NCBI GenBank assembly: GCA_964234715.1
Contig: OZ174279.1
DNA from: Podarcis melisellensis
Taxonomy: Eukaryota
Length of the DNA stretch: 64,000 nucleotides
Strand: one strand, 5' to 3'
Shown piece by piece: positions 12,988 to 25,861 of this stretch. The notes under the pieces were generated by a model that made no database searches, had not been told where the DNA came from, and worked only from the letters and a program-made list of their open reading frames with translations. How positions within the stretch are numbered: position 1 is the first letter of the stretch; each line of letters opens with the position of its first letter. Made by a program: the position numbers and the translations under genes.

Positions 12988-13008
12988 TTCAGCACCCTGG
13001 ACAGTTCA
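12988..13008 (+). promoter_or_regulatory. RE1/NRSE (REST-binding) site TTCAGCACCCTGGACAGTTCA
   Basis: Both half-sites (TTCAGCACC, GGACAG) with the canonical 2-nt spacer. Confidence 0.8.
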
Positions 13009-13869
13009 TGTGCTTCATTACCAGGCACATAGAAGGCCTCATTATTTTAAGAAACATTTTAAAAAGAAAAATCTGTGAAAAGGAGGGTAGGAACAGAAGG
13101 TGTCTACAGCCAAATACAGAGAATTCACCCCTGTGAGATTAAATGCTTAACTCTTCACAATCCCAACCAAACCATGGCCTTCCTTTGAAGCTTCATTTCC
13201 CTACATAGTTTTGCAATTAATATGCTACAGATTTGTGGAATGGAAAGGGTGATTCAATTTAGGGCTCGGCTGCGTTCAGAGACAAGAATAGGCTCAGTCG
13301 TAAATCCTTTTAATGTTATCTCCCCTGACTTCCCAGAGTTCTTTTGCTCACCTGCATGGAAAGATGACTTGCTAAATCAAAGACGAATTTATAATAATTG
13401 TGAATTAGATTGGAGAATCAGTGCAATGATAAGCCTTAGCAGGCTAATACGTCATTTTGCATGCTTCTGCATTTGCAGTGTTAATTTTGCAGCTACAACA
13501 AGTGACACCTTGGTCACAGATAAGATGGAACCATATGTAATGGTAAATTAATAGCAAACCCTTTTTTAAAAACAAAAACAAAAAGCCTTCACTGTTTCAA
13601 GGAGTGTGTATTTGAAATTACACATTCATTAAAGAGAGAAGTACTTTATTGCATATGTAGGCATTGAATGGATCCAGCAATGTGGAATCTTCCTTGACTT
13701 TAGCCCACATGTTTGAATAGTTGCTCCAGGTTCTTGAATACTGTAGGCAAGTATTGCTCTTAACTTCGCTTGAAGAAGTTTCCCCCTTATTGTCTCTGGT
13801 GCTTCCAGACAAGTTGCTGCGTCATTTACATTCCAGTCTCATTTCCCATATGACATTCATGAGGTAAAG

Positions 13870-14007
13870 TGGGGATGGGGAAACCGTGGTCCTCCAGATG
13901 TTGCTGGACTCCAACTCCCATCATCCCTGCCCATTAACCATGCTAGCTGGGGCTGATGGGAGTTGGAGTCCAACAACATCTGGAGGGCCACAGGTTCCCT
14001 ATCTCTG
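13870..14007. mobile_element. Palindromic hAT-like MITE (same family as 9528)
   Basis: Whole-element hairpin; degenerate 8-bp TSD aggtaaag/aggtagaa. Confidence 0.7.
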
Positions 14008-16144
14008 AGGTAGAAGGTGTGTTTTGTATGAATCAGTGTGGATTACTCAACCTTTAACATCCTTTCAGAAGGTTAACCCTGTGAGTCCATTGCAGCACAA
14101 ACAACAAAAGCACTTGCGGCACCTTAACCTATGTAAACCACTGAACAATAGTCATTTTCCTTTTGTGGCAAAGGGGTAACATTTTCAATGCATATTAATA
14201 CGTGAGTCGGAACTTAAATGCACTGCTGATTGTGAATAGAAATGTTAGGTAGTAATTGTTCTAACTAAATGAATCTGCTTTAGAATCTTGTTATTCATAT
14301 GTGTCTGAACGTGCATGTTCCATGAGAAACTATTTTGAGTTTGACAGCCAGCATGATGGCTGGCAGTGAGGTAATTTACATTCTAATGTTTAAAATTTGT
14401 TTGGTGGTTCCACAACAAGATGACCAGCTTTACAAAAAAAATATTGCTTTTAATAGTCTTCTACATTTTTGGAGATTTCATGCCAGCCGAGTGCATTAAT
14501 TAGTTGTTGTTTTTCAAAAGAAAAGAAAGAAAGTTCAAAAGGTTTCATCTTCCTGAAGCACAAAAACAGTTCTGTTAAGTAATTCTGAAGGTTTTGGCCT
14601 TGGTTATTGCTAGGAAACCTGAGCAAGGGAGGTTTCCAGATGGAGGAAGGAGAGAAGATTCCTGGCACATGGCAGGGGAAAGATCTGATCTGAAGCCAGG
14701 GATTAGAAAGATGTGCTACAAGGGGATGCTGAACTATATGCCCTTGTTTGTGGTTGTCCAGGTAGACTTTAGCCACCAGAGGGTGTAATGAAGCTGCATT
14801 TTAGAGCAGTGCTTTTGTTTTGTTCTGTATCTCCCCAAATATCATTCTGGCCATGTTTAGAATTTTGTTAATCCCTTGAATAAATTGCACTAAGCCTTTG
14901 TTCTCCTGCCTTTGTAGTTTTGTAGCTTTGTTATGTGCAAAATCTCTGTTCCCCTCTGCTTTGACTATTTGCTATCTTGTTCTTTTTGTTTATCTTGTTC
15001 TGTGTTATCCACCTTGTACTAATCTTCCCAAGCACTAATGCTAAACAAGCAAACAACATGTTAACAATAAATCATTGGAGCATGAGATCCCACTAACCCA
15101 CATCTCCTTTGCAGTACCTGGCATGGAGATCACAGCACTGTTGATTAATCTGGAATTATTCCTGGATCTGTGCTTGCAGTCCAACTCCATTCTAAGTATG
15201 CCTGGAAAGAGTGGGAAATCTTTTGCATTTAAACACTCATATTGTGTGAGAACAACAAGGTATTTAATAGTTGTTAAGGAGTAACACTATCATGTCATGC
15301 GATCCTGTATGTGTATGCCCACAGGTGGCTCTTAATTTATGGGTCTTGTTCTTTAAGTGGACTTTTCAAAGTGGTTAATTCTCAGATTGCCTCCAGGCTG
15401 TCAGTATTTTATGTGAGTGATTCAAGTGCCTACTGGAAGTTTAGGTTTGCACTCTGCCCACATAGTGGATAAATATCACTATTTATTTATTTAACTTTTT
15501 GCTGCTAGGAAAGTGACAGGGAAATGCACTGAAAAGTGTGAGATGAACAAATGACACAGGAAGATGGATAAAAAGCGCACAAGCAAATCAGGACAAATGC
15601 TCATTGTCATATAACCACCCCATAAACTGATCAGGACAAACGTTCAACAAAGACTGGACACATTCTGACCTTCTTCTCGGGAGGAGCCCGCGTTTTCATG
15701 CAGTGATAGCATTTGACCACTAGAGGCCACTCTGGTGTGTGCCTGTGGGATCTTGCTGTCTCCTCCCCTCAAGCAGGGAGCCCAGACTGGATATTGACAG
15801 CAAAATTTGTGGCTTCAGAATAGAACACAAAGAAGGTTGTTGGTGTTCAGGTCTTGGCTCGTGCATGCAGCAATCAATTTTCATCCATTCACACATCAAT
15901 GTAAACAGCATCACTGGAGTATATGAGAAGGACCGGCTCCTAAGGTCCTGATGGATTATAGACCAGGGGAGTACATTGCTTCCCTCCCCTCATGGTGAAT
16001 TCTGTTTTAAATTGAAAGCTAATTGGTAGGGAGGAGGATAATGTTGTTTGCCCTTTGGACTCTTTTTTAAAAAATTGAGCTGAATGTTCTCTTGTACACC
16101 AAGGTTGCACTGGTGAACAACTGTGGCACGCAACCAGGGAAGGC

Positions 16145-16147
<3 letters not shown>

Positions 16148-16180
<33 letters not shown>
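16148..16180 (+). repeat. (GT)n microsatellite; others at 17998-18030 and 27444-27480
   Basis: Direct observation. Confidence 0.9.
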
Positions 16181-16183
<3 letters not shown>

Positions 16184-16232
16184 AAGATTGCACATAGCTG
16201 GTTTGTTGCTACTCCTCACTAACGATATATTG

Positions 16233-17297
16233 TACCATATGCAATATTTGTTTATCCAAAGCCCCATTAGACAGCCACAGCTATTGAGATTGCTTCTGTG
16301 GAAAGTGTCACATTTTCTCATGTCTGAAATATCTAATATGGGTGGGTGGGAGTAACGTCCCTGCAATATAAGGGCATCGTCCATGCAAGGCCTGTAGACC
16401 GTGTTCAACAACAAAAAAGTAATTCTGGAGAAAAGGGGAATAATGCATGTCCTGTATATTAACTTCATTAACCAAAATTGAAAACCACAGAAATGAAGCG
16501 TTTAGTTTGTCTTTTGTTATCTCCTCATGTTTTAAGTTTTCCAGCAGTCTAAGTCCATTGCTTAACAAGACACAGCTTGGAAGTGCTGATCAAGTAACAC
16601 TCTCCATGTCACTGCGATGACATATATATTGCTGTTTGTTCCAATCTGCAGTTTTATCAGAATGCTTTGATTGCTTTCCAGAAGCACCTGGCTCCGGAGA
16701 TTGTGAACTATACCTGGAAATAGGAGCAGGGAATGTAACCCCCATACATTTCAACCTGCTTGCCTTAATATTTTTTAGTAAAGTGGGCCAAAAGATCCTT
16801 ATGAGTTAAATAAGAAAGGAGTACTTAGGCTTCACATCAGCTTGGAGTTTCATGTGCGTATGTGTACGATGTATGTGAACCATCTCTATTTATCTACATG
16901 GAATTAGCTTAAATACATGGTGTGGTGATGGCAGCAGTCTTGAGCAGAGTGCTAGTGTGAAAGCGATTAAAAATTAGTGTTGCACTGATTCTTTTTTGAG
17001 CTTTATTTGTGTTGTGACCTGACTGTCCTTCATCTCATCATCCGGGTTTCAAAAGTGTGGCTGTTGTGGGAGTGATGTGATCCTCTTGCCAAAGCAAGGT
17101 GGGGTGAGGCACATTGTCCCAAGCCAGCCCCCACTGGAAACCACTAGCTACCACTAATTTGGTGCCAGACTATTATTGTCTTGGGGGTTTCCAAGCAGGT
17201 GAAGTTCCCCAGATGCTTCTTGGATACCATACAAGCACTTGCAGAGCACCCTGAGTTCTGCTTCATCTATGTGAAGAGCACCCACCCCACAGAGCCT
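16233..17297 (+). repeat. Copy B of the diverged local duplication
   Basis: For example cagttttatcagaatgctttgattg...aactatacctggaaataggagcagg is shared with ~11790-11875. Confidence 0.85.
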
Positions 17298-17995
17298 CAG
17301 CACACAGTGCAAACAAGCCAAGAAGCCCTTGTTTCTAGAAGAGTCCATTTAAGTTCAAAGGAAGGGGGAAGGTCAAAGAGAGCCTCTTGTCACACTCCCC
17401 ACTTCTGTGTCTTATAACTACTTAAAGAATCTGTGGGTGTAACCTTCTGTTGGTGTTGCTGAACTCATGGCTATTATAGTCAGGATGATAATTGCTGTGT
17501 TGGCTTTACAGCTACTTTGACCTGCTCCTTTTGTTGGTGATGACCCTGTTCTGGTACTTCAACCCTGGTCATCCTTGTGCCCATAGCTTCCTGAAACCCT
17601 TTTAACACTGCCCTGAGTTTGAACACGACAAGCCTCCGTTTGCATGGATTTAAGATGCACAGCAAGGTTGAGAACGGATCAGCCTCTCTTTGTGCCAAAC
17701 TGACCTTGGCTTAGTTTGAAAGGAGTTGGCTGGTAGATGCGTAATTCTGTCTCACTGCTGGAATAGATTGCCTTTTGATAGACACTTTCCAGTTCTGTGA
17801 GTTTTTATTCTATGTAAAGGAGCTGCTGCCGGACTAAGCAGTGTGCAGGATGACAGCACCCCATACTTTAGAGTGAATGGACTGTAGTGGCCTGTGGCTG
17901 ACTTTGCAATAGCTTTTCATTTAAGGGGATAAATGCTGCCTTCACATTATCTGTCTGAAGGCTACTAGTTCCAGAGCTTCTGTCTCCTATTTCCT

Positions 17996-18030
<35 letters not shown>

Positions 18031-18032
<2 letters not shown>

Positions 18033-18298
18033 GGTAAAGGACCCCTGGACGGTTAAGTCCAGTCAAATGTGACTATGGGGTTGCAACGCTCATCTCACTT
18101 TCAGGCCAAGGGAGCTGGTGTTTGTTCACAGACAGCTTTCTGGGTTATGTGGCAGCATGACTAAACCACTTCTGGAGCAATGGAACACCATGATGGAAAC
18201 CAGAGCACATGGAAAAAATGCTTACCTTCCCACCATAGCGGTACCTAGTTATCTACTTGCACTGGAGTGCTTTTGAACTGCTAGGTTGGCAGGAGCTG
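18031..18298 (-). mobile_element. Sauria SINE (5' truncated)
   Basis: aaggtaaagggacccctggacggttaagtccag... is the 3' end; body is similar in reverse to 63729-64000. Confidence 0.8.
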
Positions 18299-18550
18299 TC
18301 GATATACAGTTGGCAATGCGCATACATAATTATAAATCCTGATCTAATAGCAAGAGGTAGTTTTTAGTGTTGTAATTCACTACATACAGTATTTGACCTG
18401 GGTGCCAGCCCTACTGTCACAAGGATCATACAAAGATTCCCCACCCCTCCCACATACATGAACATTAAGGAGGAGGTGGGATTTTGTTGTGTCCTGAGGC
18501 TGCATTGAGATAACAGTATCTCTGGCTTTTGGCACCTGTTAGCACTCTGC

Positions 18551-18610
18551 CTGGCATGCTCTGGTCCATGGGGTCACGAAGAGTCGGACACGACTAAACA
18601 ACAACAACAA
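18551..18610 (+). mobile_element. Very short BovB-type 3' end insertion with (CAA)n tail
   Basis: GGTCCATGGGGTCACGAAGAGTCGGACACGACT; 10-bp TSD AGCACTCTGC (18541-18550, 18611-18620). Confidence 0.85.
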
Positions 18611-21438
18611 AGCACTCTGCTTCCCTGCAAAAAGGCCTACTCTCTGTGTTTAGCTGTGTAGCTGCTCAAGCTCCGGGATCTCCCCCACACATTCCTTTAT
18701 GTCTTTCAACAGGGAATCTCTGCTAAATGAGTTTGCACATTTTACCCCTTTCGTAAGGACAGATGCTGTGCATCATCATCAACACTGCTTTGTGAATGGT
18801 TACTAATGATTTTACATACATTTAACTCAGCCTTAACGTACAAGTTACAGTCTGCGCTCTCTTATTTCCCCACCTCCCTCTGACTTCACAGCTCATATTC
18901 TCCCCCCCCCCAACTGCGTGTATGTACTGCCAATTTAGGGTAACACTTTTGTGCATCTAAAGAAGTGGACGCTAGTCCATGAAAGCTTATGCCTGGCAGG
19001 AGGGATTTCTTGGACGGAATGAATGCATCAGAATGAGAGATTGAGGCTAGCTTAATCCAGCCATGCAGAATTGCTGAGCAAAATCTCCTGACCTGATGGT
19101 GTTTGGTGGGGTGAGGGAGAGTAGGAGGAACCTCCAGATCCACCAGGGATCTGTACCCAGTTCCTCTTCTCCTTTGGACTCAACATTTGGAAAGAGATGC
19201 AAAGTGACTAGAGGGATGAGGATGACACATACACTGACATCTCTACTCACTATCCCATTGGTATAAGTGCACTCTTCCCTTCTGCTCTGTAATAAGAGTG
19301 GCTGGCTGGACTGGGGTGCAGAGTTGTCTCTGATGAGCAATAATAACCAATGGTTTGTGAGGATTAAGGAATTAACTCTCGCAATGGGAGAATCATTGGC
19401 CTGGGCAACCCTTGCCCTCTTCCAGCAGGCCACAGTTGGGGCTCTTGTTTCAGGTTTCGTCTATCTGAAGAGCAGGCGCCAATGCCAGGCTGGCAGCCTC
19501 CCCTGGGCTCTGCTGGTATGAGTAATATGCAGAGCCTGGGCAGGCCCTCCCCCTCCCCTGAATCCTGGCACCAGGCCCTGGCATTTTTCTTGACTCTGGT
19601 TCAGGCACGTCCAGTTCTACAAATGAAAGGCTTAGCCAGTCAGAAACTGCCAATGCTGCTGCTCAGTAAGCTGTTAAGATCCGGGCACTTCTAGGTATGT
19701 GTGGTGACAAAAATATAGACCAGGTGGGTGAGAAGGGCTAAGGGAGAACCCCAACAGCACAAGGGAGGTATCTAAAAGCTGGGGCTGAAGGAGTTTGGGG
19801 CACAGTCTGGGAAACACTCAGAAGTAGTAGAACTTGTACCTGGGATATTGGATGCTCCCATTCTCCACTCTTCTCCCTCCTTAGGCAGGGATAGGAATGG
19901 ATTTAAAAGCTAGTCAGGTATTTTAGATGCCAATCAGGTTGATGGCTGGGGGAAAAACTTGCATACCTTTGGCAACGTCTTTGTTAGTGCTGTTTTTGCT
20001 GACTGTGGATTTAAAAAACAACAACAGTCAGGCAGTAGAAAAAATAAATAGAAGTATCTAGAAGGTGAACAAGTAGGGGACCTGTCAGGTGTTGGCAGAC
20101 TGTTTTTATAACCATGCTGCTACTTTTATATCCTTTGACAAACCCTTCCCCTCCCCCTGCCAGGCAATCAATAGCTTTCTGAATATTGGTGTGCGTAGTG
20201 TATTTCTGGTGTCTGCTTTGAGCCCTGGCTATCAATTTACAGGTAGCGGCTGAAACAACATCAGTAAATATACCTGACTGCTGCCAGCTGCAAAGCAGGC
20301 TGCTTTCTCCTTGGCACTAGAATTCCACCCCCAGGCCAGTTCTCCCTTGGCGTCTGTGGGGCATTATTGGGGAAGAAATTCTGAAGGCTTGGAAGATTCC
20401 TCAGATAGGGATTCCTTCTGAAGTCAGGCATTGGGGGCTCCTTCTCTGTCCAGTGAGCTAGTTTATCATTACCCTCCCCCCATGGTCTTGTGATACTATG
20501 CAATCCTTACCCTTTTATCCAGCATGATACTTCTTAACCACCAACACACACCCTCCAAGCAGAGGCAGCTAGGATGCTCTTCGTGATGGTAGAATTGGCA
20601 AGCAGAACCATTGTAAAAAAAAATTAAAAGGAGAACCATGTAGGATGGTAGGAAGGACATTAAGAAATTGGTGGTCACCACCTGGGCTAGCCTTGCTCAG
20701 CTGGGTGTTCTGGAGGTGGACTCTCAGGCTGGGTTGAAGTTTTCCAGAGTATGTTGTCCTCTGCACATTTTAAGCTCCGTTGTTTCCTTTGCGGCAAGAG
20801 ATGGGCAAGGGCAGTGCCTAGAGAAATACAGGTGTCCTCCCGCAGCAGTGCTGGGACTGGACATGTTGAGGCGTCACATGAGGGTCTCTCCCTGTTTAAT
20901 GCCCCCTCCCATCTGCACTGAACTTTCCTGGGCACAAGCCAAGATCCTCTTAACTCTCCCATCTCCTTAGCAGCTGCATTAAGCAAATCGATTGTGTTGG
21001 TGTCATTGGGATGGGATGGGAGGGCAGGGCTCCTTCTGCACACATTCCTCTCTCTCTCCCCCCTTGCATTTCTCTCTTGGCGCTGCTGCCACGCTCCCTC
21101 TCTCCCTCTCACTTTCATCTCTGCGAGCCAGGCAAGCGCAGCTCAGACTCCACTGCCTCAGACTTCGCAAACTCCCTGCCCTGCGCTGTGTGACCTTTTC
21201 TCCCCTTAGCAGGCACAGCAATCTCTGTGCCCCTTGGGAGAGGGTCAGAGGTGCCCCCGGTGCTGTTCCTGATGGAGGCTGATCTTCAGCAGCAGGGTTG
21301 AAAGCAGCAGCACCGTTTCAAAGGGATACAAGGACCCACGGGCATGTGGGTGACCCTGGCTGAACTGGGGTGAGTGAGGAGCTGGGAGAGCAGGCACGGG
21401 TGGGCTTGAGGGCCTTGATGCCATGAGTCCCCTTCACC

Positions 21439-21541
21439 ATGAACCTGGAAGGCCTGGAGATGATTGCCGTGTTGGTGGTTCTGGTCCTCTTCGTCAAGGT
21501 GCTGGAGCAGTTTGGACTCTTTGAGCCGGTCTCCTTGGAAG
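21439..21541 (+). CDS. KCNIP2: KCNIP2 alternative first exon (KChIP2x / KIS-type transmembrane N-terminus) MNLEGLEMIAVLVVLVLFVKVLEQFGLFEPVSLE
   Basis: Near-identical to the mammalian KChIP2x and KChIP4a N-termini; Kozak accATG; phase-1 donor G|GTAATG. Confidence 0.95.
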
Positions 21542-23417
21542 GTAATGCACAGGGAAAGGGGTGGTGCTGGGGAACTGGCTCTGCTTAATCTGGTTGTAGG
21601 GCGAGCCTTGATTAGCCAAATCTATCACTTTTGATAGGGCAATGGGTAGTTAAGTTTAGTTCAACAGTGGAGATGGAGCCACTGCTGCAACCCAGAAGGC
21701 TTTATTATCCCTTCGAAAATTAAAAATAATAATACTTCGATGGTCTCTAAGGGGCAATGAGAGTTTGGAAAGGGTCATACACCTTTTGGAGTGTGTGCAG
21801 TTGAAGACTATGCTAAATATAGAGGATAAGTAGCAATGCCTATCCTTAAAGTGAGAACTGGAAACTAAAAGAAACTTGTACTTTGTGCAAAGTAAGAGAG
21901 AAGCTCTACACCAAATGGGTGAGCCTTGGGTTAAGTAGAACTTTGAAGCAGGCAGGTCATCTAAGCCACAAGCCTGTGTCAGACACAGTGTCCCCTTCCA
22001 GGGTGATGACTTCTTAAAGAGGCAGGAAACCATGGAACTTTCGGAAACCCTCCTACATCTGTAGCAAGTGGGCACGAGTGTGGCACCAACTTGGTGCCGC
22101 TAATACATGCGTTCACCTTGCATGTGGAAAACATTTTAGGGGTGCATGCTTGAAGAGTGGAGGACTGGTAAACAAGCGTGGTGAACCTGAGCAGGAGATG
22201 TGTGATGGATGGCATTGGAAGGTGGAGGGGACACTGTGTGTATGGGTTATTACGTTGATAGAGGTGGTAGCTTGCATTCTGTTGGCAATAAACACATGTG
22301 AAGCAGTAGTATTGGATGACTAGAGACAGGCACTGTGTGCTTATTTTAGTGGGAAGTGTGCAAGTATTGATGAGCCCTGTATAATGATCTCTGTATCTGT
22401 ACAGTGCTTTGGTGTGGTGGACTCTGTGCAAATGCCCTTCTGTTTCAAGGTGTCAAACCCTCTCTGCCTATGCTAGATTTCCTTGAGACTGGGCTTCTCT
22501 AGGCAACCTGTTTATTAAGCACTCGTGCTAATTTGCTTGCACAGATCTTACCTGGAGCTTAGATTATGACCAGGCTTTATTAAGCATTCATTCTGATTTG
22601 TTTGCAAGAGGGATCATGTGGCAATGAACACTCATCCTGGTTAATAGGAAATGATCTTCTTACTAATCACTTGCTCATCCCATCCTTTTAACTGCACTTC
22701 CCAGTCACTTTCTTAGCTGCAAAAAGTCTGCTTAAAAATAAATAAGCAGATTTGTTGCCCTGGGGCAACAGATCACTTTAATCCACTTCAACAGCACAAA
22801 CCTATATTTCCAGGCCCTTGAGTCCCTCCCTGAAAATAGTGCTTGTCTGGAGGAACCCATTGTCCCTCACTGCAGCACTTAGAAGAATGCAGGAGGAAAA
22901 ATGTTAACATAAGGACCCACAAAGGGGAGGAGGGAAGTTATGGAAGTCTCTTTTCGTTTTGATTGCTTGACGATTGTTTGTAAATTTCAAAATCTGAAAA
23001 TTAAATAAATAAATTTATTTTTTAAAAAATAGAAGAGGAAGGGCTGTAACTCAGTGGAGCACATGTGCTTTGCATGCAAATGTTTCCAGGTTAGATGGAC
23101 CATTGATCTCACATGGTATAAGGCAGCTTCCAATATTCCTATAACATTGCAGAAAATGATTGCAGAAATTGAAAATAATATGTGATGACGCCATATAAGG
23201 GTAATACTTTGACCAGGTGATTAGGTGGCTCACATGCTCTTTCTCCACTGTGGGCTCATCCGCACTTCTGCTTGTGCCATGCATGGAAGGACAGGTCTGA
23301 GTGGTTTTCCCCATGCCCCGCTCCTCTGCAAGGGAAAAGCCATTCTTTAGTGACAGATTGGAACAAATGGCAATCAGGGAAACCCAAATTGCTGTTTGCT
23401 CAAATTAAAAAAGCAGA

Positions 23418-23630
23418 ACAAAAAAAATTCCTTCCAGTAGCACCTTAAAGACCAACTAAGTTAGTTCTTGGTATGAGCTTTCGTGTGCATGCACACTTCT
23501 TCAGATACCTTCTTCAGATGCACATGAAAGCTCATACCAAGAACTAACTTAGTTGGTCTTTAAGGTGCTACTGGAAGGAATTTTTTTTTGTTTTGACTAT
23601 GGCAGACCAACACGGCTACCTATCTGTAAC
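23418..23630. mobile_element. Penelope-like element remnant with inverted pseudo-LTR (~70-bp hairpin arms)
   Basis: Arms ~23419-23490 and ~23519-23590 are near-perfect reverse complements; 12-bp TSD TAAAAAAGCAGA (23406-23417, 23631-23642). Confidence 0.8.
23470..23509 (-). ncRNA. Minimal type-I hammerhead ribozyme motif within the Penelope-like element
   Basis: Minus strand GGUAU-CUGAAGA-A-GUGUG(CAUG)CACAC-GAAA-GC-UC-AUACC: stem I, conserved core, stem II, minimal stem III. Confidence 0.75.
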
Positions 23631-25861
23631 TAAAAAAGCAGAGTTTCCCCCAGGGGAAAGTGGCAGGATGAGAGGAAGTGTGGCTAAGCCCTGAGTGTTG
23701 AACAAGTTGCCTGAGGTTACTTGCTTGTAAGACTCTGGGCATTAGCCCTGAAAACTAATACAGTTCCAAGAAGCAGAGACAGGGAAATAAGAAAAACAAG
23801 CAAGCCACCGTAGATTCTGCTTGGGCAAGAATGCTCTGTGCATAGTTTGACCCTTGTGTCACTTGCCTACTCCTGCCCTGTGACAGGCTGCTCCCAGAGC
23901 TGGACTCCATTGCTTAGTATGATATTTTGGAGGAGATTTCTTGGTTCTGGGAGCTCATAAAGGATCTTTCCCACCCTTCTCCCTTCATGGGACATTCCAT
24001 TGTGTCTGTCCTTTTCACACAGGCCATGTAGCCACGAGTGTAAATAAGTTTGTTTCAGTTCCTACTTTCACCTTGGAAAAAACCAGTCCCATTTTCCCCA
24101 CCCCTTTGGTGGAGAGGGGCAAGTTAGGTGTCACAGAAGTGGATTACATGCTTTGCTGCAGCTATGGTGCTTTGCCTTTCATGGGTTTTCCATTCCTGCC
24201 TGCTTTCTCCACTGAGAGTTGGGCTTAACTCTGCCCCCTCCATTGTGCCTGCTGTGTTATCTCTTTGTGCAGACATTCTGGACAGAGATCTGTAGCTGCT
24301 CTACTTGTTGCTGCTTGAGACTGGGACTTCCCAGAGATTTCTGTATTGGAGGACAGCATCCAGTTGCTTTGCAGATGACTTAGTTTGGGCTACAAATGAT
24401 GTGCTCAGGGAGTGGAGTCTAATTCTTTGGCTGTTTGGTTTTTAGAATGGATTTTCTGCCTGAGAGGATGCAGATATTCAGTATGTGTCTACACAAGGAG
24501 AGAGATCATAGTCTGGCAGATCAAAATGTGGCATATCCAAGGTTAACAAGGTTAACAAGGTTAACAAGTTGTCTGATGGTCGCACTTCTTCATAGCACGG
24601 CTGCAGAGCCAGTAAAACACCATCTCTATAGATGGCCCTACGAAGCACCTTTCACTTCGTCATCTATCTGTTTCACAACACTATTGTAGCCTGACCTCTT
24701 GTTTCCTATGCATAGACAGTCACCCATGGCTATAAACTTAGCAAAGAGACAAACCAGAAACACATTGCTATTAACATAGCCAATAATCTGTTCACGACCT
24801 ACATGGTAACATTGATACTTGGCAAATGGGTAAGGGAAAATGGGTCACATAGCAGAGAATGGCAGAGTTCAAGATCACAGAGAAAGGGAGTCTTGTCAAT
24901 AAATAGCCTGGGGGGGGGGAATTTAACGGCCTGCTGGGGCTGGTAGAGGTGTGATGCAGAACTCCATCCTTCTTGCAGCAGCCTGTTGTATTTCTCTGCT
25001 GGCTGTGGAGCAGGGGGCTTCCCTAACCCTCTGACAGCCGACTTGGTTTCTGTGGTGGGTGCATTCTGTGCCTCTTCTAGCAGCCAGTTGCTTACATGTA
25101 TAAAGGAAGGGCATTCAGTGTTAGAGCATCTGCCTTGGATCCAGAAGGTCCCAGGGTCAGTCGACAACTCCTGGTAGGGCTGGGAATGTCCCCTTCCTGA
25201 AACCTCAGAGAGCTTCTGCCATTTAGTCTAAACAGCCCTGAGTTAGATGGACCAATGGTATGACTCAGTAGAAGGCACTTTCCTGTGATCCTATACAGTG
25301 TCTCTCTATAATGCTTCTTTATTTTCCTTGTGCATGAAGCGTAGGGCCTAATCAAATTTGATGCCTCTGATTTGCATTTATGGTATCTAATCAGAATATT
25401 ATGCCTATATAGGTACACCCACAACAGAATAGAATACCATGACAAGTCCTTTGTTCTCCATAATTTGGTCTTGTAGGGCACAATAATGACTTGAGAACTG
25501 CATAGAGAGTCATTTGTAGCACCTTTGCAGAAGCATAATAGCAGACATGTGGCTAGAGGTCCCCAGTCCTCCATAATTACGGTATTTATCTATCTATTTA
25601 GTGCACTTGTACCCCCAAAAGGCTCCCAGAGTGGTTTACATACAATAAGATAGTCCCTGCCCACAAGCTTACAATATAAAATGCATGGCACACACATGGG
25701 GAAATGGACAGGTAGCGAAGAGGGAAAAGCAAACTCAGGTGCCAATTCCTAAAGTTAAATAGTTCAGGGACAGAATGTGCCAGATGGAGCTGGTCTTTCA
25801 GCAGAGCTGATGGGAGTGAGCCCTGCTTCTCATTTCTTCCACAACCACTTTGTAAATGGTG

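Noticed and set aside
19482-19521. Short MPGWQPPLGSA frame with phase-1 donor G|GTATGA
   Set aside because: Too short, weak Kozak context and no homology; cannot be supported.
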